Of a stretch of DNA of 64,000 bases, positions 13,999 through 27,500 are shown piece after piece (within the stretch, counting starts at the first letter, position 1; the number at the start of each line of letters is the position of its first letter). The translations under genes and the position numbers were made by a program. The stretch is from Gnetum montanum (Eukaryota; Plantae; Gnetophyta), in the NCBI GenBank assembly GCA_015680685.1, contig MNCI01001065.1, forward strand, positions 1,574,178 through 1,638,177. Direction: 5' to 3'. The notes under the pieces were generated by a model. That model worked only from the letters and a program-made list of their open reading frames with translations, was not told the DNA's origin and made no database searches.

Positions 13999-15042
13999 AT
14001 TGTATTCATACCTCATCATGGCTGTAGCTACATGTGTGTGTTTTTTGCAACTGGTGGGGATTACGTTTGAACCTTTTAGTACCTATGGACATTTTTAGGT
14101 ATGGTTACGTAAGGGCATCATAGGTAGGAACCTACTTTGGGGAGGATCCACTTGCGTAACCTTTGTAATTTATACTCATTGTACATCATCATCACATCAT
14201 TTTATACCCTTTAAGTATAGAATTTCCAGCGTTATTCTTTCCTTTATCATTCTTCTAATTCAATTATTCCTATGCACCAAAACATGTCCTTTTTCCTCAT
14301 ACTATTCATGAATTTCATTGCCAGATTCTACTCCATTATACTTCTGGTGCCTTTCGGTCTATTCAATGTTACCTTGGATCTTTCAAATTAACATCAAATC
14401 CTTCATTTTTAGCTTTGGAATTTCAAAAATTTATCAATTTTGCCAAGTACCCTATTTTCAATGGGCCGCGATATCAGGTACCTGATATCGGGTCCATGCT
14501 ATTGGGAATGCAATATCATGTCCATCAAAACTATATATATGAACCCCCCAGACATGTCAACATCATTTTGCACTGTTCACGTGGGGGGAGTTGTTCAAAT
14601 TTTCTTCCACAAACTGCTAGCTTGCGCACCTATCATTCAAACATCCATAACTTGCTCATTAACACTCTAATTTCCATTTTGATTGAACCTATTTAAACTT
14701 GGAGTGTTTAACTTAGTCGTCGAGGAAGGATACGCTCCAAGTTGTGCATAATTTTTCCAAAATTCATCATCACCCGAAGGATATCATAAAGGGTAAATGA
14801 CCATAAAAATGATAAACATGTTGCCAAATCAATTTTATCTCTTCACCCAAACCATGAAAATTAAATTTTTGGAGCCACCTAATCAAATTGGGCCCAGTAT
14901 AAAAAATTTATGGGACATTCTCATAAAATTCTCTAACTCTGGATCACACTAAACAAGACATGAATTCATTAAAGGCAAGAAGTAAGGTATAAATCAAATT
15001 TTGTAAATGACCTAACTAATAGCCAATCTTGTGTGATTATAG

Positions 15043-17590
15043 ATGGCCCCTAAAAGAGGACAACAAGGAGGACCCTCTCAAGGTGCATCCAAATGACCAA
15101 GGAGAGGCAGAGGCCAGGTTTCTCTTAAGGAATGTATGGAATAAGAGGCACAATCATTCAGTATCTATCAGGAACCTCCTGTTACTGTACAATCGGGACA
15201 TGCTGAAGGTGGAGTCAATGAAGCACCTGAATAGGGACAACATCTCACATTGTCCTTGGAGTGTGTTTAGGCAATCCATGAAAGGTCCACGTTAGTAGCT
15301 ATGATAGTGGAACTTAACTTTGGATCTTTCATAGAATTCACTCCTAAGGTAGTTAAGGAGAAACTCAAAGGGCCCCCATTGTGGGCCATTCTCTTTGAAA
15401 GTGGTGATTGGTACCTGGGGGAGATATACCAATTTTGGCACAATAAATAAGAGGTCACCACCATTGATATTGGTGGTGTTGTTGTGGATTTCTCTGTTAA
15501 GGCCATTTCAAAGGTGTTAAATCTTCCAAATACAGAGTCAAAAGTTGCTCACTTGCCCACTTGCTCTGATGCTGATGTGTGAAAGACGTGGTTGAAAAGG
15601 GCATATGGCAAAGAAGACAAAACATATGGAGAGTTGACACTTGAAGAGAGAATTTACTTCAAGATCAGCACATATCACATCTTCCCCACAAAAGGATTGA
15701 ACAGAATATCCACATATGTGGCTAGAGGAAGTGCTATATTAATGGGCAAGGTTAATGCTAACCTACCCCATCTATATCTGACAGAGATTTTAATGCAGTT
15801 CAAAGAACACAAGATTGAAAAATTCACATTGCCCTTCCCTTGTCTCATCAGGAAGCTATGCCAGTGTGTTGGAATTCTAGGGTACATCAATGATGTCCCT
15901 TAAAAGGCCCAAAGTGCTTAATTTATTCAATTGATGAAGCCACCAGTCCTAAGAAAAAGTGCTGGTGAGACACTGGAGCCTGAACAAGAACAGATAGTGG
16001 GGCCCACTACACCTTAAACTGTAGGGCCTAGCCAACTTCCAGGCATAAGGCCCAGTCAAAAATAGGAAGTAAGGCCCAAGATAGGCCAGCAAGACCAACT
16101 ACAACCACTACTGTAAGACTATTGACCATCGATGAGCCATCTTAGGACCATCACTGAGATGGTCAGTTGGGGAAGCTATGATGAGACCAATCTCTTCATG
16201 GTCATAGATGATGTTGTACGATCCATAGTCTCAATCAATCATGCACAAGGTAAGGTATCAATTCAAATAGGAGGAGGGACATCACATTGGTCACAAAAGA
16301 TCTCAGGGAACACTGCATCTTTTTAGGTGTAATTAGAAATGGGAGAAGGAGCCATAGTAGTGGTCATGCAACACCAAGATGCAGCAGGAGCCACAGAAGT
16401 GGTCACGAACCACATAAAAGAATCATTCAATGTCCCTGTTGTCCCACTAGTAGACTTTACAGGAGCACGTGATGCTCAAACTTTGGCTGATCCCTCGATG
16501 ACTACTGTGGAGCATGAGGATGTTCTTGATCAGTTGCTGTAGAAAGGANGTGGTAGAGGAGAAAGAGAGGGTCGATTAGGATGCTTCCAAGGCATAAGCT
16601 TAGACATATGCACATGCCAAAGCACTCAAGGCCTTACAAGAGGAAAATAACTAACTTGTCGCTAACAATCTTCGGTTGACCACCATAGAAAAACAAAGGA
16701 ATGTTCTCAAAGAAAATTTTTAGCAATTACGAGAAAAATTAGTCAAGATCAACCAGGACATGAATCACTTGGCCAAAGAAAACAAAACCCTATCAATGGA
16801 AGAGGTATGCACAATCTGTCAAAAGATGGCAATTGAGATAAGCGTGTGGCAAAACAAGGCCAAGCGACATGAGAAGCTAAAGAAACACTTCAAGGATTAG
16901 GTGGGGATGTATAAATAAGTAATAGAAAAAGAAATCCATATGGCCAATGCCCATATCAACACTCTCAGTGCTCAAAACATTGATTGGTAGGCCATATTAA
17001 ATACTTATGCATTCATCCACCAAGTAGAACTTAAAAGCCAGGACTTGCAAATACAAGATCTTACAGAATACATGGAGTTGGCAAACTTGCGATATGCCAA
17101 CTTAGCCATGTTGATAGCAAGATGCCCAAGAATAGAGTTGGGAAGAAGGTAGCACCTACCTATGCAAAATATGAAACAGAATTTGTTGAGCACAAGAAGA
17201 CACTGTAGAAATTAGAAGTGGCAAATTCTAAGTTAGAGGTGGTCAAAACCAGCTACTAGGGACAAAATGATGTCACGGAAAATTTGTCTCAACAGCTCAT
17301 GGATTACCAAGAATACAAGGATAAACCCAAAGCCTATGAAGAGGAATGTCAACTATTTACAGCGTGGTATGTCAAGGCCAACTAGATGTTCCCGCAACTA
17401 CCATGTCCATGGGAGGTGTCGACTCCATCAAACTCTGGAGCATCAACATGGATGGCACAGGATCCCTGAACTGAAGAGGAAAAGCTCCAGGCACTCCTTC
17501 AGAGCCATCAATTTCCAAAACTTAGAGCACAAGATAAGGGGAAGAGATCCATGGAGGAACCACCACCACCAAGAACCACATGAGTTCTAA
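15043..17590 (+). pseudogene. Athila env-like ORF (putative plant transposon protein/Transposase_32-like domain plus long coiled coil)
   Basis: Starts MAPKRGQQGGPS; contains IGGVVVDFSVKAISKVLNLP and NLPHLYLTEI..FTLPFPCLIRKLC; Glu/Gln/Lys-rich heptad-like C-terminus; preceded by CTAAC...TAG|ATG, an acceptor-like signal. Confidence 0.75.
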
Positions 17591-18629
17591 TAAACTTTAT
17601 AATTTTGTGTTTGTGTCCCAATTTTGTTGTGTTCAACTCTCCACTATGGCATGAATAAATTTCTAGCTAGTTAATAATTCCATACCTATCCACTGTGTAA
17701 TCAATTGAACTTGTTTTTATTTTGTTCAACTCAAGGACGAGTTGGGGATATGATGAACCATGAATTGTCAGGCCCCGATATCAGATCCACGATATTGGGT
17801 ATGCGATATTGCGACCTGGCTAATGATATCAGATACACGATATCATGATCCCTGTGTAAGCCTATAAATACACATTTGGGTACATAGGAAAAAGAAAGAG
17901 AAAAGTAAGTGTAGAAGTAGAGTCTTTTTTGTTATTTTTAGTTCATCTTAATTCTTTCCCTAGTGCATGCCTGCAGTGTGATGATTGTAATTGTACGGAA
18001 CCTTTATTCAAGTGTGATGTACTTGGACATGCACATGACTAGCAATAAAGATCGAGATTACTTCATCATTGTAGCATTCACTTAGTTTAATTACTTAACT
18101 GTTATTTATTATTTTCTTAATTAATATTTCTTTACCTTCCTCTACTATCCCTGTTACTAAATGTAGAATAAGTACGACTTAATCACAAGCATTTAAGTGT
18201 GACTACTTGATGTCTTAGTAGCGTATCCAGGAGTGCTTAAGTAATATGTGCTTGGTAATTCCAGAAGTAGTACACGGAGTTCAAGATGTGTACTGATGAT
18301 TAAGGAAGAATGCTCATCGCACTTAGGCTAGCTTAGATTCTTTTCTCTCACTTCCTATTAGCTTAAAACAAAGTTATTTTCCATTGCCTCTAGGAGTAGC
18401 ACTAGTTTAGGACCACATCATACACCTCACTCTGGACTAAACCATACATGAGAAAGCAAATACTAGTCCAGGTGCAAAGACAGTGAATTGTGATTAACAT
18501 GTAACTATCTAAATACCACAACTAGCCCATCTACGAAGTTCAACCAAATCATGCATGAATGATTGTATTTATATGGTTGAGTGTAGGGGTACCTAGCCAC
18601 TCATCAAAATTTATATCTTATAAACTATA

Positions 18630-20895
18630 CATCCCTCAGAGAGAAGCTTTCAAGTAAGTTCTTGTAAATCAGGCATACTATCATCTTGCAAGTTCCACCA
18701 ACTAGCAGGATCATCTTGAGCAAGGCTGTCTAGATCAGCTTTTGTTGCTTAACTATTAAATAATGAATCAACACTTGTACAAGCCACCCATTGTTGTCTT
18801 ATTTTCTTAGCTTCTTCACTTTCAAACACTCTATCAACATAAGCAAGAAAGCCAATTTTTTACATCTTTATCATCACATGGACAAGGCCTTCTATCTCTA
18901 TGCTAAGAAGCATACCAATTAACATTAAAATCATATATAGCTTCATGTAAATGAGTATTCATAGTTATCCTTCAGCTAATTATAATTGACTTTAAAATAT
19001 CATCATACAAATTAGAATCACCATCTTCTTTAATAACATTGTCTCTTATTTTTTCTAGCATGCTATCATATGTTTCATAAATTTCTCCTAATGAAGGAGT
19101 ATCTATGTTAGCATACCTAATAAAATCTATAATTTACTCAAGTACATTCGCCACTCTCCTACTGTAAGAAAGAAAACAAGTATTAAAAAAATTATAACTT
19201 AAAAAGTGTAAAGTAGCTATAGTATTAGGATATATAATAATAGCTAATTCATAAATTATAATAGACTTGACTTTTGTCCACCATGTTATATCTAAAATAG
19301 TACATCTTGCTTTTTGTCCAACTTTAGTTTTTGATTCTAGTTACTTGCTCCATTTTTCAATAACAACTACTCTTCCAAGTGCATCATGAGTCTTCAACAT
19401 TCTACTAAGCATGATGTAGAAGGATGCATATCTATATTAAGAAAACACATTTTACATCTAAGAAACATTTATTACCATGATAAAACTATTAAAATAAAAA
19501 AGACAAAAGAATTTTTATTTTCACACCTAGATTTTATAGGTTTTGAAAAAGCCTTTTTGCATTATTTTTTAAATAAAGCATTAGAATAATGATGATTGAC
19601 ACATTTAAATAGAACAAGCATCATTAATCAAATATTTTATCCAATCAAGTTTGCTGATGTCATGAAGAGCATTGTTCAATGAATGAATACAACATGGAGT
19701 CCAAAAAATATTTTTATGTGCTGCCTTAATAATTTGACCTACCTTTCTACAAACAAGTGTTGCATCAATGATAATTTGTACTACATTTTTTTCACCTACT
19801 TGAACTATAGCTTCTTTTGATTATTTTGATTAAAATAGAGAATCTTTTAGATGATCCAAACAATCAACAACTTTAAGAAAATAAGGTCCTTTTAGACTAG
19901 AAATGATGATAGTCATAAGTGATCTTTGAGAAATATCAGTCCATACATCCATTATAATAGAACAACCACTTCTTGATCAAAACTATATTAGTTGTGCAAA
20001 TTGGATATCTCTTTGCATGTATTGTTTATCTAGTAATTTTGTATGCATCCTATGTTCAAAAGGAGGAACATATGATTCTCCTATGCATTGAAAAATTAAG
20101 ACTTAGTAAATATTCAATATCAAAAAATATAGTAATTAATAAATAATTATGATTAAATAATTAAAGAAAAATATCTGCATTGTGAATACATCATATTGCT
20201 TCTTTAAAAGCTAGTGAATGAAGAAGGTTAAAATGTAATCTATTTGCATAAAACATTCTTCATAAAGCTTCATTTGCTATTGCTTTTCTTTGAATATTCA
20301 TTAATTCTTCAATGCTAAACTGTTAAGTTTTTTTCTTACCTTTGTTGTCACTAGGATCAGTACTAAGATCAATTTCTTTTATAGAACTAAATACCATCTT
20401 CTTCTCAAGAGCATGTAAATTTGTGGCTTGCTCATGTTTTAGATTCCCATTTTAAATATATGCATATAATTCTTCTGTAATTTTTTTGTCTAGAAAATTA
20501 TACTATTTTATCCCTTGTCCTCTTTTATTTTCAAGAGTTTGGAAAAAGTGGTTATGAATACAATATGTACTTCCTGATATAATGTATCCATCAAAATGGC
20601 ATTTATACTTTTTTGTGCCACCTGCTTTCCTACCTAGATCCTCTAAAACAATAACAAATTGATCATAACGAAATTTAGAACTAAATTTTCCTTTACCATA
20701 TTATTTTAAAATTTTAGAATTACATTCCACTATAGTTAAAGTATTATCACTAGGTCCTTCAACTCTTTCAATAAGTTTTTCATCTATTTTAGATTTAATA
20801 GAACTAGATTCTAATCCTAGTTCTTCTTCATTATTTGGATCATTGAAGTCTTCATCATTTAAATCTTCTTTAATATTGTGACATTCTATTCTCAA
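18630..20895 (-). pseudogene. hAT transposase upstream exons (BED finger, DUF659/RNase H-like core)
   Basis: Fragments KYKCHFDG...IHNHF (BED finger), CSIIMDVWTDISQRSL, NVVQIIIDA..C...IFWTPCCIHSLNNAL and WWNLQDDSMPDLQEL; AT-rich introns; many stops. Confidence 0.85.
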
Positions 20896-21612
20896 ATGTC
20901 ATAGGAAACATCAAACATACATTATATTAGACATTATATGTAAGAAGACAATATACCAAATGTCAAATCTATGTAACATTTGACATTATGCATAGAGGAA
21001 ATAATAGAGAAAGTGCAAAAAGCAAAGAAAAGAATGCTTTATTGATATGGAATAGAGTATCTAGATCATGCTTTGAGAGTATTCCATGGGGTTTTCTTCC
21101 TTTGACATCTATCCATTAAAGACAATCCAAGATTACCATCATGGTTAGGCCTATAATTGACTAGAAGGGATGGCCAATCCACTTCCTTTCTAGCTTCACC
21201 TTGCTCTCGCCACTTGCCTTTATAGGCTCCACCACTCCATGCTTAGCATGACCTCTAAGCTCAAGTATAAATGACTTAGGTGAAATCCCCAAATATTACC
21301 TCAAGAGACACATACATTATTACAACATGCTCTTTTAGGTCTTAATTACAACTACTCTTTTGGATCTTCTTATGATAACAATAACACTTGTTATGAAGAG
21401 GCACCATCTTTGTTATCTAGTAGCATCATTTGGGAATGGGGACATGATAATCTAGCCACCTTAGGTTTCATTCATCCTCAAACAAGCCCATGTTCACTGT
21501 CTTTTCCCAACTCCAATACTTCTGTTATGCTGCTATGCTTCAATAATTTAATTTCTCCTTTGAACTTGAAGTTGTTTCTAGCTTATTTTGCAAACAAAAT
21601 ATATGTGAAAAG

Positions 21613-21640
21613 AATATATATATATATATATATATATATA
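21613..21640. repeat. (TA)n microsatellite
   Basis: Direct read. Confidence 0.9.
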
Positions 21641-21920
21641 AGTATTAAATATTATTTTATTAATACTAACCACATTTTCTAAGATAATGTCAAGAGATGA
21701 ATGAAAGATCTTCCAACCACCAAGCACCAATCTAGCTAGGGTCACATAAAGTGCAACTCATATATGGTTACTCAGTGATGGTAGGGAAAATCCTTTATTT
21801 TCAAGTTTCATTACCTTAGATATTTTTACTTTTCTAATTAAAATATAAATTAAAAAATGAAGAAAATTATAAATAAAAGTAAGTGTGAGATACTTCCTAA
21901 TCTTGATCAACCTTATGAAC

Positions 21921-23089
21921 TCATGGGAATATTTGTAATTTTGCCATAAGTGGTATATGATTAGATGGTCTTGTTTGGGATGGCAAGGCTTGATCTTGCT
22001 TCTTCTCCACTTCTTCTTTATAAATTAACTCTAGTAATTTGGTAACTTGGAAGAATAGTACATCATACCAAATATAATCTAAAGTCTTAATGAAGAATGT
22101 TGTTGACCCATCCTCATTAATCATAGCATAGTAATTGGTAAACTATGGTTCTTAATAAGCACTATCCATCAACATCATCTGTTTCTAAATTCTAGAATTT
22201 GATTTATTCACTAAAGATTCAAAGCAAGAATAATATGCATTGGACAATGGAATGGCATGTTTAATTGATGGAAACATCTTTTTCAAATCAGGTTCATCTT
22301 CCAAGGATTCATTTACACATTCATATTTTAGGAATTGATAAACACTACTTTCAACATTTGAATTAAAGTCTCCACAAAGAATAAATGAAACTAGATCAAT
22401 ATAGCTTAGGAATAACTTATTCTTCAAACTTTCCTCTATTTGTTTAATCAAGTAAGCTCCTTAACATAGCCTAACATCTAAACACATTGGTTTGGCAATT
22501 AAATGTGTGTTGCCCATGCATACACATCTTCCTAATAACTAGACTTTTATAATCACTACCAAGGCTATGTGATTTTTCCGAAATCTTGACTATTCTTTCT
22601 TTTCCATCACTTGAAGTTTTGGAATTTCAAAAATCATATTTTCTAAATTCATTCAAATCTTTGTACTAATTCAAACATAGCTTTTTATAAAAGACCATAG
22701 AACCATCCATTTTGCAATTTTTGCAATATGCTAATTTATATGGGTCAAAAGAAGAACTTTCACAAGAACCTTTTTGCTTATAAATACCTCTATATCTCAT
22801 TTTTCCCAAATCTAGTTGGAATTGATACAGAAATTCTACTAAGATGAATGGATGTTGATATTCATGCCAATCCAAGGCCCATGGTGGACAGTGGATGTTG
22901 TTTCTCACTTGCTAGGGATCTTGCAAGCATGATGTATGTTACAACTTTCATTCTCATTCTTGGATTCTCTTCTGGATCATTTCTCTTCATGGGTATCATA
23001 CATATTATAGAAATGAGATTATGACTTTCCATGTTATTTTTCCATATGATTTGGTTATAAGAAGAATTGATATACATCTTCTTGATCAT
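21921..23089 (-). pseudogene. Intronless CCR4/CNOT6-like EEP deadenylase (degraded)
   Basis: Collinear CCR4 motifs across frameshifts: KVVTYIMLA..LAS, HCPPWALDW, Y.GIYKQK, MDGSMVFY, NHIALVV, CMGNTHL, DVRL, ILCGDFNS, HAIPLSNAY, EP*FTNY, TLDYIWY, LLEL, ALPS...PSNHIPLMAKL. No introns are apparent. Confidence 0.9.
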
Positions 23090-23672
23090 TGAAGATCGTC
23101 TTGTTTCATCAACTAATTCTCCAACTCATTTGGTAATCTTTAACTACATTATCTAATTTTATTAATATATAATTATATTATCATAATCTTAACAACCTTT
23201 CTACCCACTTAAGAATACTAACTTTGACAGTGTAACTAATAAAATTCCATAGGAATCTTAAGACTACTTGCAAAGGTTATTTTTCCAACAAGGCATGATT
23301 AGTTATCCTTATGTTGTTGACTTTTAAGGCAAAATTCTATAATATCATTGAATTATCAGGTATCAAAATGATAAATATGACATCACCATTGAGTTTAGAA
23401 GAATGAAAATTATTGAAAATGACTATTGATATATAAAAAATGAACATCATATGCTTGAGTTATGCTAAAATTAAAATTTTGAGGGTGTTGAGGCACTATA
23501 TTGGGCAAGGGATGAAAACTAATTTTTGAAGTTTCATAGGGAAGATATAACTTTACCATTGTGTCCAAAAGGTTAACATTTATAGAAAATGACTCTTCAT
23601 TTGTCAGAAAAAGGCTTCTGAAATCAAAAGTTATGGCTTCTAGAGTCTAGAACCTTTTGGCATGAAAAACAA

Positions 23673-23736
23673 GACTTCCTAAGAGGTCACCCATCCCAGT
23701 ACTACTCCAAAACGAGCATGCTTAATTATAAAATTC
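23673..23736 (-). pseudogene. 5S rRNA gene fragment covering the internal Pol III promoter (A box to C box)
   Basis: GACTTCCTAAGAGGTCACCCATCCCAGTACTACTCC..GAGCATGCTTAATT..AATTC aligns with the reverse complement of plant 5S (GACTTCCCAGGAGGTCACCCATCCTAGTACTACTCTCGCCCAAGCACGCTTAACTGCGGAGTTC). The 5' third of 5S is absent. Confidence 0.85.
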
Positions 23737-23915
23737 GTATTTCACATGCTTCCAATGTATCACAGTCTTTTTTTTAATTGTTTCCATGTTCCTACTTTTA
23801 AACTAGCCTTTTAAAGGACAAAAATTGAATTCTTTGTTAGATGATGGAAATTTTAAAATTTTCCCATCAATGAATAGAAAATTTTGATTTTCCCATTTGT
23901 GGATGAAAAAATTGG

Positions 23916-24073
23916 GAGCATTAGAAGCGACCATTATGGGTAGCACTATCTATGCTCATAGAGCATTGGAACGAGCCATTATGGATGACGTTGTTGGTGC
24001 CTATGGAGCACTAGAATGGGCCATTATTGGTGACACCATTGGCGTCCATCGATGCACCGAAGGGAGCTGTTAT
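23916..24073. repeat. Degenerate 45-bp tandem repeat (~3.5 copies)
   Basis: Units begin GAGCA(T/C)T(A/G)GAA...CCATTAT at 23916, 23961 and 24006, with a more diverged unit at about 24051. Confidence 0.75.
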
Positions 24074-24508
24074 CAATGGACGTTGTGGTAGAAGGAAACA
24101 CGTGGTAGTAGTAGAGATGGCACACGAAGGAAAAGTAATAGGCAGTGATAGGAACAAGGGTTTTTAGTGCAATGGTGATCACAGTGTAGTGAAAGGGCTT
24201 TGGTGGTTGCTAAGGGCAAAGACATGGTAGTTGAGAGTGGTGACCTTGTAGATTTTGGTATCAATGGCAAGCAAGGGTTTCTATGGTGATGGAGGTAGAG
24301 CTATGTTGTAGCAAAGTGGTGGGTGTTGACAAGTGAAGCAATGATGTGCCAGATGAAGCAGCAAAGTGGTAGCACAAAGCTATGGTGCGGCGGACTAGGG
24401 CCAACACAACTTGCTGTGGGCTAGCGTAGCCTTTGTAGGGCCTACATGTCCTAAAATAATTTTTTTGATTATTTGTTTTTATTATTTTTATTTTTATTAT
24501 CATTATAT

Positions 24509-27500
24509 TCATGTAATCCATTTCCTATCTAGCTCTGGGTGACACAGATTCCAATTTGGGTTGGACTTATTGTTCATGTTGTAATTGTACTCTTTAAAAG
24601 CTTGCAGCAATGAGACACCCTGCATCAAAAGTGGATGTTTTTGATACATATTAATAAGAGTTGTATAGTTTTTAGCTTCATCAGTTTCATCTAAATTAAT
24701 TTGAACTTTTTTGTACACCTCTCAAGAAACATTGAGTGTGCAAAAAACATGACTACAGTTTACCAAAGGAAGCTCATACAACATGTGATAGACCTCCATA
24801 ACACCAATGTATTTATCTGCAGTAGCATCCATCATGAGCCTTCTGTAGACTAATAAAGAATCTTCATGAGGATCCCTTGACTCAAAAATTTGCAACAACA
24901 TGTCGTGAAAAGATTGTGATTTCTTCTCTATTTTAGTTGCATATTTTATGATATATTTTATGACAACATATTGTAACATTATTGGTTGAAAATATGTATT
25001 TTCCATCCATGTTTGAAGCATCATTTTGTTATGAACATTATGCCTCGAATTGTTTCTTCAAGGAACATAAGTAATCTCATTATTATTTTCTAGATCTCTC
25101 TGAAGAGTTGATTCTAAAGATAATGACCAAGGAACATTGTACCTAGAATTCAAAAATATGAAAGTTGAATATCTATATATTTTTTCCCATGATAAATTAA
25201 AATTTTAATTTGAAATAAAAATGAATGCAATGGTGAAGAAATAGTAATGATACAACATTTTGATTAGAAAGTGGCACCTACAAATGTCTTTATCATTACA
25301 TTTTCGTAAGCATGCATTGGGTTTGCATACAGTATGTCTTTGAACAACATTAAGCAAATTAGCATAATCAGTTTTTAAATCCATACATTGTAGTTGTTCA
25401 ACAGTCAACTCACATGGATGATGCAACATATTTACACGTAAAGCCTAAGTGAGAAGACAAATTGAAAGAAGTAACAATGGAGAAATTAATATCTTTGTAT
25501 TCTAAGCAATATCACCAAAAACATTTTGTGTAAAGAATAGAAAAGATAAATGAGAACTTACATTATTTGGATTTCCATTAGTTGTAAATCTTGGATTCCA
25601 TGCATTTGTAATTGAATCAAAAAATTCCTTTGCCCTATGCATGATGTGAGGATCATAATGATCAAGCTCATCTACCTTTAGAGCACCCTATATCCATAGG
25701 AAACCATGCACATGTGGAGATTCACAATGCTTCCACTCATATCGTGTACAATAGTCAACAACATGGAACTCATTCATCAAAATTTTTTTAAGAAAGGCAA
25801 TGTGATGATGGTGCACAAACTCTGCAACTATGTGGACTTTCCATGATATTAGTTTCCCTTCAACGTTTAACTTTTGATGAGCTCTCAAGTGGATCTCCTT
25901 CCATCAGATTATGCAACTTAGGCTAATAGAGATTTTCTTCACTTAGAGTAAAAAAAATAGTAGGTGTTCACAACTAATTCACCATGCCAATTAGCTCTAC
26001 TTTACATTTTCTCCAATAAGATGATGTACCACGAATGGATGTACCATATTGATTAAATTATCAACAATGACATGTGATGGAGCATTATGCAATTTTTCTC
26101 ATAGTTCTTCAATAGTTATGGGTGCATCAACAATATTTTTTTAAAAAAATTACAGTGGTAGATTCCATTGCCTATCTCCTTCTAATGACATTATAAATAT
26201 AATACATACAAATAAATCACACATCATTACTTAAATGTTATAAAAAACATTATGAATAATGATAATAACAAACAAATGAAGAATTAATATTTACCTGAAT
26301 CGCTTGTGACATCCAAATATACCATATTTATAGCGAATAAGATGTTTTGCATATTCATGAAATCTAACATCTTTAGCTCTTTGCTCAAGAAAATCACATT
26401 TTCCTTCAGGAAAAAGACTTGGAAATGCCATCGTAAAGAGCCCCATCATGTTATACTCATTAATAGGAGAATCAGATATGAAAGGCCATTGAGCAACATC
26501 TAAATCCTGCAATGATGGATTATGCATCCATGCTCTTATCCAATAAATTTTCTTTCTTACAATTCTAGGATGTTGTGCAATTGACGATGTGTGACTGATA
26601 ATGTTTTCTTCATCTATTTAAAGCAAAGGACCTTGAAACTGCAATCTCATTTCTTCATCCTTTTCTAATAATGGAATATAAGTAATGCTATGGAAGATGT
26701 TAACATCACCAATATGAGCAACATCATTTAATGCATGCATAGCAATCTTGACATCTTGATAGTACGGATCATTTTCCTTCTTAAAAATCAAGGCTTCATA
26801 AACTTGTCTCTTGTTGATAATAAAATTATACTCGGTGCCCATTTGATCTATTGTTCTCAATATTAAGAAAGGGATATCTTTAATTCTAAGAGGAAATCTT
26901 TTAGTAATTTGTGTGACATCCTAACCAAAGCTAATTGTGTGACCTTTATACTTGAATTGTCCACCAATTGCATGTGTAACTTGTAAAATGGAATTGATTT
27001 TTGCAATTAACATTTCTTCAACCTTAGTTCAATACCCTGGGATAGGTGGTTGGATACCAAGATCCATGTCATTTTCAATAGAAAATCATTTGATTTCACA
27101 ACCAAAACTATCAAGAATATTATGTTTCTTTTCATTAATGCACCTATTGCATGTGGGTCCCCTACTTATGGGTGAATCCAATAATATGCCAAGAAACATT
27201 TCATTGCATACACATTGCAGGAACATGGATTTGCAAAACTTCTAACTGTAGTATTAAAATTTTGTATTGCATGAGCAATTTTTGTACCTATCTTTTGCAA
27301 TCTTGGGAAAGACTGAATAGGTTATGAAGAAGGCACTTCCATTGTTGGTGCACTGGTGATATATGTAGCTTCATTTATTTGATGAAATGAATTATCCTCC
27401 TATTGATGTTGCCTCATTCGGTGCTCACTCTCACTATAATGTGGTTGTTCTTGATCTTCTTGCAATTGTTGTTCTTCTTCGTGTGTGATTTCTAGAATAG

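Larger units (their letters stand above)
9402..18606 (+). mobile_element. Full-length non-autonomous Athila-like Ty3/gypsy LTR retrotransposon
   Basis: Paired LTRs 9402-10254 and 17751-18606 (TGATGAACC...ACTCAT(T/C)A); 5-bp TSD AAATT (9397-9401, 18607-18611); PBS at 10256; purine tract before 17751; gag/PR and env-like ORF present, no RT/RH/INT seen. Confidence 0.93.
8746..20900 (-). mobile_element. hAT DNA transposon (decayed), interrupted by an LTR element
   Basis: 3' subterminal region at 8746-8810 with repeated GGAACGCG; transposase pseudogene on the minus strand. The 5' terminus was not located. Confidence 0.75.

Noticed and set aside
21921-23089. LINE or Helentron APE endonuclease
   Set aside because: CPPWALDW, DG..FY, NTHL, EP.FTNY and LPS...S(D/N)HI are CCR4-subfamily features, and no RT is adjacent.
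23673-23736. Functional 5S rRNA gene
   Set aside because: The 5' third is missing, there are multiple substitutions, and there is no array.
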